Shown here: in pieces, positions 52,901-64,000 of the stretch
Numbering within the stretch: the stretch's first letter is position 1
Layout of the letters: each line of letters begins with the position of its first letter
Translations under genes and position numbers: made by a program
The notes under the pieces: generated by a model
What the model saw: only the letters and a program-made list of their open reading frames with translations
Database searches by the model: none
What the model was told of the DNA's origin: nothing
NCBI GenBank assembly: GCA_032718475.1
Contig: JAUCBJ010006989.1
Span: 21,546 to 85,545, forward strand
Origin: Nemertoderma westbladi
Lineage: Eukaryota; Animalia; Xenacoelomorpha
Length of the DNA: 64,000 nt
Direction of reading: 5' to 3'

Positions 52901-55900
52901 GTTAAAACAGTAATTGTATATCTTTACGACTCATATCTTTTACTATTTTAATTATTTAATGATTTAATTAACCTATTTTTAATGATGACATAACTATAAT
53001 GTAATATAAACGCGGGAAATTTAAAAACTTAAACAACAAACAGTTAAACTGCACCACCACCAAACACAGTAAATATATCAGCCAAATACAGCAGTAAATA
53101 GACATACAACTGTACCTACAGTAGAACCAATAACGTTGCCTGGCAACACTATTTACAGAATTCATTAATGTTGTATGGCAGCGCTTGTACCACAGTACTA
53201 CACCGGTTGCCAGCTTTCTGGCAACCCCGCGCCATCATCCGGCCCCCGAGCGATCCTCCACTTGGTGCGGGAGCCCCGCAGACAGTGGGTGGCCCCTCTA
53301 ATAATGGCCAACTGAACCCGCGTACGGATCCAGCCCATTGTGACGCTATAGGGCCGCCCCCACGATCGGTGCAGCCGGTCTGCCACCACACGGAGAAGAT
53401 GGTTCGCTTGCGGCGCGAGAACTCCGTCGCATGAGGCGACGAACGGCGAGAAGTCGGGCCGTCACTGCGTCCGCGTACAGCCTCTTCTTCTGGTCCTCGG
53501 CCGACTCCAGGACAGACATTGGGGTGCTATATTAATTGATTAATATAGAAGTAAAATATAAGTGTAATATGTTTCAGTATCAGCATCGTTTTCATATGTG
53601 TTCAGTTCTGCTTTAAAGTTTATTTTAATTGTTTTATTAGTTTGTATTTTGTTTTATAGTTTTTTCATAGTCCGTCTGTTTCATATTAGCCTTAAAATAA
53701 ATACTATCACTATTTAAAAAAAATTATTAATTTTACTTTTCAATTAAAAGAGCAAAATTTGAAACTGTCATTGGCATACTAAACAGTATAATATAACCAA
53801 AAACAACTTAACAGAGTTATCATTGAAATTAAGAAAGTATTCCTGACCAAAACGAAATATTTTTGCCTGAGCCCCTACCTTGGGGAAATCTTGGCTGCGC
53901 CACTGAACGACATTGCCGCCTCTCAAGATCTAGAGTTCATTCAATATGCGACGACACACTTACAGTCCGAATTTAAGTATCCATTCCCCTGGACCCACAT
54001 TGGGACATTTGGTTCCAAGTGTATCTACTCAGAAAATCGTCTTCCAAGAGAGAGTATTTTTACATTAGCCCTATGGGACAGCGGCGCTCATCAAACCTAG
54101 AACTACAGTTATGAAATATCAATCATTCAATGGGAAGTACCCTGATATGTGTGTGGTGGGTAGGCTGTGCCCTGTGCGTCTAAAATGGCGCTTTCTGGCT
54201 GGTTCTGTTTGTTAACTGCTAACTACTGTATGTTATGTGCACTGCTGCTACTCTAGACTTCCTTCCACTTGCGCCTTTATAATGTATAATGTTTTTCATG
54301 GTTTCCTAATAAATCATAATTCATGTAAATATTTTTAAACATTATAAACAAAAAAATGTATTAGTTAACATAACTTATTAGTACACAAGAAATGTATTTA
54401 CTTTCATTTAATATCCTGAACTCGATTAAATTTACAATATTAGTTCACATTTTAAAATTAAACTATAAAAACGGTGACATTAAAAGCGAATAAAATAAAT
54501 AAATAAGATTCAAAGCAAGCAAACAGTCGGCCGAAGCCGGAGGCGACCCGAAGGCTCCTCTTTCGATAGCTGCTACCCTAGGGTAGGGGTGGGCGCTACT
54601 CCTATCCCAAGATTTGCTCCCAGTTAATTAACTGGTACTCATTTTATCGACCCCAGTGGATGAAAGGCTGATAAAAAAGATAAGATTATAATATAAATGA
54701 GATTAAAAATTTATTAAAAACACAGAAATACTATTCATTATTACATACAATAAATTTCATCACGATTTGTAATATATAAATAATAGCGATCTTGTTTCTA
54801 TTGCCGTTATATTACTGATGATTAATTTGTTTAATAAATAATATACTTTGTCTCACTTCTATACTGGATTTATTATTAATTAAGGTTTATTATTTAAGGT
54901 TTATTAATTATTAATTATTAATTAAGGATTAAATAAGGTTAAGGCCCGACCATCTAACCCTAAGAAAAATAATAAACCAAATATACCCATAATAGGAATT
55001 GGAATTGGAATTTTTTATTTGACATTAAATCAGTTAAAAACAAGCACTAAAGATAGCATTAAAATATAACATATGAAGTGTAAGGAAAAGGTAAAGGCAA
55101 CAAACCAATGTACAGTATGGTATTCAACATGTCCTAGAAAAAGTATTTTAACAGTGGAAAACAGTACAAAACAAACATAGATAAATAAAATGACCTTCAA
55201 TAAATTTTAAACACCATTTACAACATAATTATGGTAAGACATTTCTATTTGAGGATTTAGGGCCAACAATACGAGATACGGACCGATACGAGATGAAAGG
55301 TGTAAGTGCAGCAACTATAAAAATTATTGAAATTTTACTAAAAATTATTGTAATTATGATAAGGGATTTAGGACCATACGAAGACAGTGGATACGAGGTG
55401 CAAGGTATAAATAAAAGAAACAACAACAGAATAATTATAAAAACGTTCGACACCAATAAAATCTATATTTTATGAACTGTATTTATTTCTATTGTCTTAC
55501 TAAAAATATTATGTACTGTAGTTATTTATAATAAGTTTACCGCGTTAAGTTAGAAATTATAAATACACAATGCATATATTATATATACTGAGACTTAATT
55601 ACTGTACAGAAATAAGCAGTGATTTGCCGTCGAGGATAACCCCATGAGACTATGTCTCGTTTTCATGAGGGTCCTCACTATATCAGGAAATATTAAAATC
55701 GATAAAGGTTCTATGAAGTTGATACATATAGTATTGTAGTATGTTACATATGTACATTATTGCAAATTTTAAGTCGAATTGCAATAATTTAGGAAGAACT
55801 AAATAATATAAAACACAATTAGGCGAATAAATATAAATATTACTAATAACCATGACTAATATCCGTTAAGTTAAAATATTCTGGGCATAGGAGTTTCACT

Positions 55901-58900
55901 CATAACTTTTAGCAAGGAGTGTTCCTCCCTTCGGTTATCCTCTCCTCGTAAAATAAAATAAGAACATAAATAAAATAAAAACATAAATAAAATAAAAACG
56001 TACTGTATATACATGAAATAGGTATTATCTTAAAAACAATCTTAAAGCATAAGAGTTTATGTCATAACCTTTAGGCATATATAGAGTTTTCCTCCTCGAT
56101 CAGTTTGTTAAGCAAGTATGATTTAACTTTGTGTTTAAAGGTCTCAATTGTTGGGGCGTTTTTTATGTCCGATGGCAACGCATTCCACAGAACTGGTCCC
56201 TGGTGAGCGAAAGATTCACAACCAACTGTTGTGCGGTGGAAGGGGACAACAGCCTGAGAAACCCCACTACGTAAACGAGCAGAGCTGTCCGAGAAGGTAA
56301 CCAAGTCCTGCAGGTAGGCTGGGGATTGGTGGTTACGAATACGAAACATATGTGTTAGTATTATTTGCTGAACACGTTCCCATATTGGTAACTAGTTTAT
56401 CAAAACTAGATCCTCTATACCGATGTGGCTACGAGGTCGACGAGACAGACAATACCGTATGCATTTCCGCAATAACGCATCTGCCTGCCTTTTTAGTTGC
56501 GATGGGGCACTTATGTACCAGCAAGGGGAAGCAAAGTCAAGGTGAGGTTGAATCAAAGTATTGACAAGAGGCCGCCGGAGCGATTGAGGGATAGATGCTG
56601 AGTTCCGATAGAGGAAGCGGAGTGTTGCATTTCCTTTACGAATAGCCTTACGAGCAGCCATTTCACCTGACAGTGATGGATCAAGAGGACATCCATGGAA
56701 GTTAACAGTTTTTCCTGCTGGGAGACTTTTACCTTTGGTAGATTACATTAAAGTTGTTTAACATCTGAAAGTCGCTGATGAGTTCCAAAAAGCATAACCT
56801 CGAACTTTTCTGGGTGTATGCTTAAACGGTTGTTTATTGCCCATGTTGACACTTTCGATAGCTTATTTGCTAATGACTGCTATTACTGCAGGATTTGTGC
56901 CAGAAGTAAGTAGGTTAGTGTCATCAACATACTTTGGCGATGGGTCTGCTTGTGTATCGACAGTTTCTTCTCTAGGATTGGCTAGCATTACCTTGTTGCT
57001 AACTACCGCTGGTCCTATTGCTAGGTTGTGCTTGTTGCCCAAGGTCTTCTTGGAATTCGAAGGAGAATGGGTTGTGGCATCCAGTGTTTGGGTTAGAGAA
57101 GTACCTTCGATGGCGAGGTTAAAGTCGTTAATGTAGTCGAGAAACATTAGCACACCAAGAAGGGACCCTTGTGGAACACCTATATCAGTTGATAATACCT
57201 GTGATTTAGAGTTTGCAATTTGGACAAATTGAGAGCGACCAGTCAAATATGAGCGGAACCATAAAACAGTAGATTGTGAAAAGCCAATATATTTCTATAT
57301 ATAATATACAATGGCTACGAATTAAACTCATCCCAAAATTGATGAAAATTTCACCAAAAATAATTATATTACACCAAATTAAATAATGTGACCCCAAAAA
57401 TATTATTCAACACCAAATAAAATTTTTCCCCAAAATAAATACTACTGCAGCAATAGGCCTAGCACTTCCTGGAAGGCCGACAAAGGCGAAAATGGTATTT
57501 ATATTATAACTCAGTGACTCCAAAATATACAGTTTAGGCCTATAAACAAAAAAAATCAAATGAAGTGGTGAAGTTTCATGAATAATTGTTTTTGGGGGTT
57601 GCATAATTGTTTTTGGGGGAAGAATAATTATTTTTGGTGAGAGGGATATTCAAAATTTGGGGATGTGAATTGGTGCTACAAAAAAATATATTTGGTGCAA
57701 AATAATTTATTTTGGTGTTTCATTTAATTTGGGGTGGCATTCAATTAGTGGCGATATACAATCCTCAACAAATTCACTGTACAAACTTGTAAATTAATAA
57801 AAATTTAGTATTTTGTATTGCTGCTGCTGTATTGCATTATTGTAGGGTACCCGAAACGTGACTGCAGGACTGTACTGCTGTACCTGAGCGGCTTGAGCCT
57901 AATAAACTGAACTGTTAACTGGCTAAAGACACAACGTGCCCAAAGAAGAATGGAGAACTACATCTTGTACGATGAAATAGGCCGTGGAAACCACTCGATA
58001 GTGTATAAAGGCCGCCGGAAAGGAACAATAAACTTCGTCGCCATTCACTGCATCGAGAAATCGCAACGAAGTCAAATAACCAACCGAGTTCGTTTGACAC
58101 ACGAGCTCTCCCACGAAAATATAGTGGTGTTCCACGAATGGTACGAAACCTCCAACCATCTGTGGCTCATTGTTGAACTCTGCACCGGGGGGAACCTCAA
58201 GACGCTAATCGAGCAAGATAAGAATCTACCCGAGGATTCCATAAGGGAGTTCGGTTACGATATAGTTCGTGGACTTCATTATTGCCACTCGATAAACATT
58301 GTGTTCGGGGACATCCGTCCCTCTAAGATCCTATTAGACGGTCCAGGACATTTAAAACTGGATGATTTCGCGACAGCTCGAATTCAAGGCGAAAACCTGG
58401 ACGAAATCCTTAACTCTCTAGACCCCGAGTACAACTCGTCGCCCCGGGAGATTGGCGATCCGGCCTACATGGCGTTAGAAGTCCTTCAAGGAGAATCGCC
58501 GGATTTTAAAAGCGACTTTTATTCTCTCGGTGTTATTTTCTACGAAATGTTTACTGGTAATAAACCGTTTAGCGGCGTATCTAAACGGAATTACCTCGAA
58601 ATCCTCTCGACACAACCCGATTTCCCACCGCTGCAGGGCCGCGCGTCTACCGAGTTGACGGACCTGCTGACCAGACTGTTGGTCTCCAGGGACCGGTTCT
58701 CCTGGTCTGATCTTCTCGATCACGAATTCTGGAATGGCGGATTCTCTAGGGGTCCCGATATAGACGAGTCGCTAGCCGATTCCACCGTCGGTCGACCCCC
58801 CACGTTGCTAACCAACGGGTCGGTATCCGTTGGTGACGCACCTGTTACCCCAGCGATGGTAAATAACCAACGACCGGCACGGGCCACGCCGCTGCAGGTA

Positions 58901-61900
58901 GTCGGACAGGCTCTCGGTACCGGGACTCCAATAATATCCGGGAGTGACCCGCGCCCGGGCACTGCGCCTCGCCCGGGCACTGCCCCTCGCCCCGGCACTG
59001 CGCCGCGACCCAGCGCCCCCTATCGCCCAGACACAGCCCCTTCGCTTGCGGGAGATGCAACGTTTGCAATTAGTCGTCGACCGTTCGCAGCTGTCGTCGC
59101 TGAGACACAGCAGGACACCCCTCGTCCCGACCACCCCCACCCAGACCGCTCTCACCCCCACCCAGACCGTTCCCACCCTTCCCGCTCCCACCCCTCCCAC
59201 TCCCACACTCCCTCCTCCCCCCCACCTCCCACAGCCCCAACCCGAATCTCCTCCGACTACGACGAACTCTCCCACCTCCTCTACTCCCCATCCGATCTAT
59301 CCGTGACCCCGATAGTCGACCGAATCCTCAAGGTTTCCCCGCCGACCCGATGGGAGGCCCGCTACCTCCCCTTCCAGTCCACTGCCCTGGAGCAACTAAC
59401 ATCCTCCCGACACTCCGAGCTCCTCTCCCATCTAGAAGTCGTCATACAAACCGTAGAAACGACTCCCGATAAAGGCGTATCCAATCAGAAGGCCAAGACA
59501 CACACACTGAACTACCTCGGCGAGTTACTTAGCGGTGGTTCTGTCGCTAATTGTTTCATTAATGAGTTACAAGGACTCTCTGTCTTCTCTACGATGGTTA
59601 AGAACTGTTCGTTAACGGATCTCCGGATCCGTTATTCTCGAGTTATCGGGTTAGCCGCTTTGCATTGCAGCTCGTTAGCTAAGGAGACGAGCGTTAGCGA
59701 CGCGTTAGCTACGCTAACCGAAATAGTTCGGGATAATTTCCGTAACGCTAAACTGAAAGCCGCGGTTCTCGTTGCTATTGGAGAGTTAGTCGTCGCCGTT
59801 GGCGACCAATCGTTGCATCACGGCGGCGCAGGGGAGGCATGGTCCGTGCCGAGTCTCGCCTTCACCATGGTAACGCGATGTCTGCGGGAGGGCGAGGAGC
59901 CGCAGTCGCAACACGTCGCCGCCAAGGTGATCGAGAACGTGGCGGCGAGCGCCACTAGCGCCGCCCGGAGGTTGGCCACCAACGAGACGGGCCATCTCCT
60001 GTGGCAGCTGAACGCGCGCGCCGCCACAGAGCCGCTGCGAGCCGCCGCTCTCTCGGCGCTGGTCCGAGTGTCGCGGCTCGCCCCCGCCGTGTTCCAGAAC
60101 GTTGTGGACAAGGTGGGTCTCCGCGCGGTCGCCCTAAACCTGCAGACCGGCGTGGCGCGGGTGCAGCACTACACCGCGACGCTGTTAGCCGCCGCTATGC
60201 ACGCCGGCGTACACACGGCCCGACTCGCCTCCGATAAGGACTTCCTCGCCTCCACTATGCGGCTCCTAGAAAGCCCCTCGACTGGGGTACGCGCCAAGAG
60301 TTACCTAATACTGATACTGCTGGTGAAACACAACGGAGACAATCTGTTAACCGCCTGTAAATCGCGATTAATTCAATCGATAGACCGGGATTCCCGTCCC
60401 AAATACGACGCTAAGACTACCTGCCAACCCGTGTGGGTCTACCTGACCCGGTGCTTGGATCTACTAGTGTCTACCGTGGCTGAAACCCTCCCGGTTCTAC
60501 TGGGTAGAATATTAGAAGCCCTGGACACCGTGTCGGGTAGGAAACACCCGTCAACCGCGCACGCCAAGCAGCTAAAGTCCTGCCTACCTCTACTTCCGGT
60601 CGCTCTGCATTTAATCACTTCCGTCACGCTGCGACCGCGGGTAGTGAATGACGATTTCGTGACGTCACTCGGGGCCATCCTACGTCACGCGGTCGCCATG
60701 GACGCGGGCGACTTTAAGGTCGACATCTCGGGCAGCGCGATCGCGGACGAATTCATCGATACGAGTTTCACCGTGCTCGAGGCGTTGTCCCAGCAACTAG
60801 CTATCGTTCTGGAATACCACTCGGTCGTTATTGACGACGTGATGCCGCCGTTGGCGCAGCTGGTCGCCAGTAGCAACGGGGGCACGCGTCTCCTCGCGCT
60901 GCGAATCTTCTCGGATTTAACGAGTTTCCTACTCGACGCGGATTCCGTCGCTCCGGAATCGGCGACCCGTTTATCCGGGATTTTCTCCGAGTTTCTCCTG
61001 CCGCAGTACAAGCGGCTCCTATTGGACCCGGACCCCGCCCCCGTCCACTGCCTCCGACTGATACTCCGGATGGTGGACCGGAACCGGTCGGTTCTCTCCG
61101 AGTTCCTGTCCCTCCGACTCCTCCCGGAACTATTCCGGCTGATCTCCGACCGACAGTTCACCCAGATATCGTCCCGAGCGATCCTCCTCGCGGTGGGTTT
61201 ACTCAACGCGCTCCTCCTCTCCACCCCGGAGGCGCTCGCCGACTTCGCGCTCCTCCCGTTAATCAGCTCTTCCATCAACTCCTCCGCCAAGGTCGCCTAC
61301 GCCGATCCCGATAAGATAGACACCAGATCGGCGGTGGCCACATTGGAGGCCGTTCTAGAAACCCTTAACATTCTACTAAAGAACGTCACCAACACGGTGA
61401 GACAAATACTCCAAGCTAAGAAAGAGAAGGAAGATACGAGCACTGAGCACGCCGAGAAGTTGCTCATTGAGCACAAAGACTGCGTCAATCTAACCCCGTT
61501 GCTGATGCGTCTTCTCTCCATCGATACTCCCGCGGTAGCCGATCTCTCCGGACATTGTTTGTCTCTTATGGTCCAGCTATACGGCGGCGAGTATCCCGAT
61601 TCTATGTCGGAGGCCAATTGCGAGCGTCTGTCGGTTGCCTTGACTACGGACAACGCGAAGAGACAGAAACTCATTCTGCGGATTATCCGTCGCATTATAA
61701 CGACCGGAGACGAACATTGTGCGAGACTCCGGCGGGAAGGCGGGTGTCTGCTGGGGACTATAGGCCGTCTACAGGAGACCAGTCACAGTCATCTAGACGT
61801 CGCGATATCGGCCTTGGCTAATGAAATTATTAAAATTATTGGAGAAAATTCGGAGTAAAATAACAATAAATAGAATAAAGTGTAAATATTCCTAAAACTG

Positions 61901-63338
61901 TAGATAAATAATATTAATTATCGTTTTATTGTAAATGTCCATAGATGATATGAATAGCTTTTTTGAAATATTATTTTTATAATATTCTATGAGACATTTA
62001 TTGTATTTAAATATAATTTCAATAGAAAATATCTAATTTTGAACTTCGGAACATAATAAATAATTTTTTAAATAAGTTGTTCATTCTGTTATTTATATTT
62101 CTAACTGAAACTGAATTATATAATATTTTGTAAGTGAAGTTATATTTTATAAAGTTATTAACTAACTGTGTGCGGCTTTACGGGATAATATTTTATTTTG
62201 TCTAATAAACATTTGGTTATTTTGCGAATTATTTATTGATTAATTAATATATTAACATTGCATTGCAATGTTAATATTACGGGTATAATATGTACATTTG
62301 ATTTGACAAGTTGTGAAACAACTTTATATCGAAGAATGGAATTAATCTGTAATATTTTACAAAAATGGAATCCCTTAAAAGTTTTATGACAGAGCCCCAA
62401 TTTTTCATAACTTTGTAAACTAAATGAATTCAAATTCTAGTCAAAAAAAGTAGATTCAACGTCATAATCCTACCTGTCTTGTTGTAGATGGGATCCCAGT
62501 AGCCTTTCTGGGTGTCTAGTCGTACAACTGGTACGTTCCTTTACAGGTCTCCGCATCATTAGTAACCATGGCAACATTTCAAGGAAGAGAGTGGCCATCC
62601 ATTTCGGCATCACATGTGTCCTTGGCGACCGGTGGTTAATGTTGATTATTAGAACAGTTATTATAATTGCAAGACTCACCATAACCATGGTAAATAGTAA
62701 ATACATACCTAAAAAATATTTAGATATCATTCCGTAAAAATACAGTTAAATCGCGGAAAAATGTAATACTAACTTTTTAAGTTAGTTAATTAAAAATTAA
62801 AATACTAACCAAGCCAACAATCTAACAATGTAAAATTCACTTTTTAAAATTATATCACTATTTTTTTCATTTAAGGTGTTCACGACATTTTATGAGGATA
62901 GGTAAATAAAGTCTCTGATTCGATTGGAAGATCTCAGCGAATTAATATATCGTCTCAAATTATCATTTAAGGGAAAGGAACATGCTTCCGAGGCATGTTA
63001 TTTTATCCAAAACGAACTAAAGTGAATAGAACAGGTTATACTAGACATTAGTTTTATTTTTATAAGTAATCAGCTGTTATTTGCGACGATTTTCCCCTTG
63101 AAACTTGAAAATTTGTTTACATCTAAATTGTCAACCCCCCCCCCCCCCCCCCCCCCCCTTCTGGTTAACTAACCGATTAATGGAATATCCAAACTGGTTG
63201 GCGGTATAATTTCTGCAACAATGAGAAGGAAGAGGGTGAGTGCGAGGAAGACCGATATGCAGAGAGAAATCTTCTCTCCCGCGTCGGCCGGCAGATAGAA
63301 AACCATTACAGACAGACACGATATGAGAACGCAAGGGA
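43958..63338 (-). CDS. Nicotinic acetylcholine receptor subunit (Cys-loop), 3' exons 63338-63174, 62708-62474, 50932(or 50935)-50820, 44247-43958
   Basis: M1-M2 [55 protein letters not shown]; M3 [34 protein letters not shown]; MA helix [16 protein letters not shown]; M4 [18 protein letters not shown]. All junctions are GT-AG with compatible phases (1, 2, 1). GEK before M2 indicates cation selectivity. Ligand-binding exons lie beyond the window, so alpha versus non-alpha is unknown. Confidence 0.93.
44673..45400. mobile_element. Foldback/MITE with ~210-bp near-identical inverted arms
   Basis: 44687-44893 is the reverse complement of 45179-45386, which explains the mirror ORFs MTSYSCMIK... 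on both strands. Confidence 0.85.
45564..45968. mobile_element. PIF/Harbinger-type (Tourist-like) MITE
   Basis: TIR GGGGCCGTCCAAGTATGACGTC at both ends, flanked by a 3-bp ATA duplication. Confidence 0.8.
47486..49285 (-). CDS. Gypsy Gag fused in frame to integrase (protease, RT and RNase H absent)
   Basis: Gag ([26 protein letters not shown]) runs directly into integrase HHCC (HDLSHPG..CQNC) and DDE ([22 protein letters not shown]). Confidence 0.85.
   Translation of the reverse strand: MVTQTTELNLIYKPYICRMPLYTDCKKAALSDILKALNSHDPDFVLPKTKAEIIVYLDKENPSAVKLLLDNYQARVMQTDATISTGTGTTPVPQKFRLPEFYAKDARIWFQQVEAVLQGQTDASKKSNLLAALPTETILDAGVNVLDSFETIRQNIISHLADSDDRRLRQLLAAQELGDRKPSAALRQMTRLAPGNEQIVRLRFLEILPQTVGIVLSSLDKLSLDDLAEVADSDESCSSMRPYLPEKFRKQLFHKFHDLSHPGFRASLKLIAERYIWPSMNKDVKEWSRNCQNCQISKTTLHTKTPIGSIPTDGRFETVHIDLVGPLPPSCGYRYLLTIIDRFTRWPEVVPIRDITTDSVAKGFLFHWISRFGVPRTIVTDRGSQFESGLWSSLMKELGIKRRRTTAYHPACNGAIERFHRQLKASLRAKCNSSGWFNELPLVLLGLRSVTGIHKYSPAQLTYGAELCLPGRFFEETSGNNSPDIPNFVDRLFRKMDSFSPPIRKHSGKDHIPSQLKNSSHVWIKDAIKRSSLAPLYMGPYKVVSMTDKTVTVLRHNVEQVISLDRVKPACISGENLSVLIKPMKRVRFNLLINVFEKR
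49291..50560. mobile_element. Helentron/HINE-like insertion within the Gypsy 5' LTR, with (GTC)n microsatellite and ~146-bp internal repeats
   Basis: It interrupts the LTR at tgtaa|gtatct. Short inverted ends (aa)gtggggc / gccccactt; termini shared with 16964-17599; 292-bp near-perfect internal duplication. Confidence 0.7.
52584..52792. repeat. Perfect ~209-bp palindrome (104-bp arms, 1-nt centre)
   Basis: Arms read as exact reverse complements around ttactac-A-gtagtaa (centre 52688). Confidence 0.93.
53190..53520 (-). mobile_element. 3' fragment of a CRE-clade non-LTR retrotransposon
   Basis: [10 protein letters not shown] and [36 protein letters not shown] resemble the CRE restriction-like endonuclease C-terminus; frameshifted. 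Confidence 0.6.
54510..54670 (-). mobile_element. 5'-truncated SINE, same family as 14618-14812
   Basis: TCAGCCTTTCATCC...GTCGATAAAATGAGTACCAG core followed by the same tail. Confidence 0.75.
56070..57295 (-). mobile_element. CR1/L2-group LINE 3' fragment, frameshifted
   Basis: [48 protein letters not shown]. Confidence 0.82.
57950..61858 (+). CDS. ULK4: Serine/threonine pseudokinase ULK4, intronless, nested antisense in an nAChR intron
   Basis: N-terminus [48 protein letters not shown] and [11 protein letters not shown] are ULK4 signatures. The kinase motifs are degenerate as in ULK4 (no VAIK lysine). The C-terminus is HEAT/ARM-like ([19 protein letters not shown]). AATAAA follows the stop. 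Confidence 0.96.
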   Translation: MENYILYDEIGRGNHSIVYKGRRKGTINFVAIHCIEKSQRSQITNRVRLTHELSHENIVVFHEWYETSNHLWLIVELCTGGNLKTLIEQDKNLPEDSIREFGYDIVRGLHYCHSINIVFGDIRPSKILLDGPGHLKLDDFATARIQGENLDEILNSLDPEYNSSPREIGDPAYMALEVLQGESPDFKSDFYSLGVIFYEMFTGNKPFSGVSKRNYLEILSTQPDFPPLQGRASTELTDLLTRLLVSRDRFSWSDLLDHEFWNGGFSRGPDIDESLADSTVGRPPTLLTNGSVSVGDAPVTPAMVNNQRPARATPLQVVGQALGTGTPIISGSDPRPGTAPRPGTAPRPGTAPRPSAPYRPDTAPSLAGDATFAISRRPFAAVVAETQQDTPRPDHPHPDRSHPHPDRSHPSRSHPSHSHTPSSPPPPTAPTRISSDYDELSHLLYSPSDLSVTPIVDRILKVSPPTRWEARYLPFQSTALEQLTSSRHSELLSHLEVVIQTVETTPDKGVSNQKAKTHTLNYLGELLSGGSVANCFINELQGLSVFSTMVKNCSLTDLRIRYSRVIGLAALHCSSLAKETSVSDALATLTEIVRDNFRNAKLKAAVLVAIGELVVAVGDQSLHHGGAGEAWSVPSLAFTMVTRCLREGEEPQSQHVAAKVIENVAASATSAARRLATNETGHLLWQLNARAATEPLRAAALSALVRVSRLAPAVFQNVVDKVGLRAVALNLQTGVARVQHYTATLLAAAMHAGVHTARLASDKDFLASTMRLLESPSTGVRAKSYLILILLVKHNGDNLLTACKSRLIQSIDRDSRPKYDAKTTCQPVWVYLTRCLDLLVSTVAETLPVLLGRILEALDTVSGRKHPSTAHAKQLKSCLPLLPVALHLITSVTLRPRVVNDDFVTSLGAILRHAVAMDAGDFKVDISGSAIADEFIDTSFTVLEALSQQLAIVLEYHSVVIDDVMPPLAQLVASSNGGTRLLALRIFSDLTSFLLDADSVAPESATRLSGIFSEFLLPQYKRLLLDPDPAPVHCLRLILRMVDRNRSVLSEFLSLRLLPELFRLISDRQFTQISSRAILLAVGLLNALLLSTPEALADFALLPLISSSINSSAKVAYADPDKIDTRSAVATLEAVLETLNILLKNVTNTVRQILQAKKEKEDTSTEHAEKLLIEHKDCVNLTPLLMRLLSIDTPAVADLSGHCLSLMVQLYGGEYPDSMSEANCERLSVALTTDNAKRQKLILRIIRRIITTGDEHCARLRREGGCLLGTIGRLQETSHSHLDVAISALANEIIKIIGENSE

Positions 63339-63985
63339 CTGCAAAATAAAATGTATAAAACCATTACAGACAGACACGATATGAGGACACAAGGAACTGC
63401 AAAATAAAATGTATAAAACCATTACAGACAGACACGATATGAGGACGCAAGGGACTGCAAAATAAAATGTATAAAACCATTACAGACAGACACGATATGA
63501 GAACGCAAGGGACTGCAAAATAAAATGTATAAAACCATTACAGACAGACACGATATGAGAACGCAAGGGACTGCAAAATAAAATGTATAAAACCATTACA
63601 GACAGACACGATATGAGGATGCAAGGGACTGCAAAATAAAATGTATAAAACCATTACAGACAGACACGATATGAGAACGCAAGGGACTGCAAAATAAAAT
63701 GTATAAAACCATTACAGACAGACATGATATGAGAACGCAAGGGACTGCAAAATAAAATGTATAAAACCATTACAGACAGACACGATATGAGGACACAAGG
63801 GACTGCAAAATAAAATGTATAAAACCATTACAGACAGACATGATATGAGAACGCAAGGGACTGCAAAATAAAATGTATAAAACCATTACAGACAGACACG
63901 ATATGAGGACACAAGGGACTGCAAAATAAAATGTATAAAACCATTACAGACAGACACGATATGAGGACACAAGGAACTGCAAAAT
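63301..63985. repeat. 58-bp minisatellite (~12 units) that duplicates the nAChR M1-exon splice acceptor
   Basis: Minus-strand unit tatacattttattttgcAG|tcccttgcgttctcatatcgtgtctgtctgtaatggttt; the last unit is the real exon start at 63338. Confidence 0.95.
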
Positions 63986-64000
63986 ATTATATAAAAAACT

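Larger units (their letters stand above)
51881..53905. mobile_element. hAT-like non-autonomous insertion (TIR CAGTGGCGCAG)
   Basis: cagtggcgcagg ... gctgcgccactg, with an imperfect flanking duplication aacgac(a)t. Confidence 0.7.
50960..53960 (+). mobile_element. Degenerate CR1/L2-type LINE RT remnant, split by a later insertion
   Basis: [24 protein letters not shown] and [14 protein letters not shown] up to 51880; it resumes at 53906 with a YADD-like remnant. Many stops and frameshifts. Confidence 0.7.

Noticed and set aside
58475-61821. Antisense and alternative-frame ORFs over ULK4
   Set aside because: Shadow ORFs expected from GC-rich coding sequence; no recognisable motifs.
63131-63364. 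77-aa [12 protein letters not shown]...
   Set aside because: Wrong frame of the receptor M1-M2 exon plus repeat and intron sequence.

Overview
Repeat-rich, AT-rich animal (invertebrate-like) genomic DNA with spliceosomal introns; nothing prokaryotic and no CRISPR. Host genes: a TRPM-family channel that is almost intronless (minus strand, exons 5392-5237 and 5009-933); three 5' exons of a DHX36-like DEAH helicase (plus strand); the last four exons of a nicotinic acetylcholine receptor subunit (minus strand, 63338 to 43958); and a full-length, intronless ULK4 pseudokinase nested antisense in one of the receptor's introns. The rest is mostly mobile DNA: a BEL/Pao retrotransposon with an intact 2685-aa ORF, an internally deleted Gypsy element with an in-frame Gag-integrase fusion, fragments of RTE, Rex1/Babar, CR1/L2 and CRE LINEs, tRNA-derived SINEs, nested MITE/foldback elements and Helentron-like elements. 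There is also a ~7 kb array of a 60-bp unit with higher-order structure. The most unusual signals are a 58-bp minisatellite built from the 3' splice site and first codons of the receptor's M1 exon, the nested intronless ULK4, a mobile element with seven regularly spaced CTCF-like motifs, and the 60-bp array with one stop-free frame. All family assignments come from motif recognition by eye; no searches were run.
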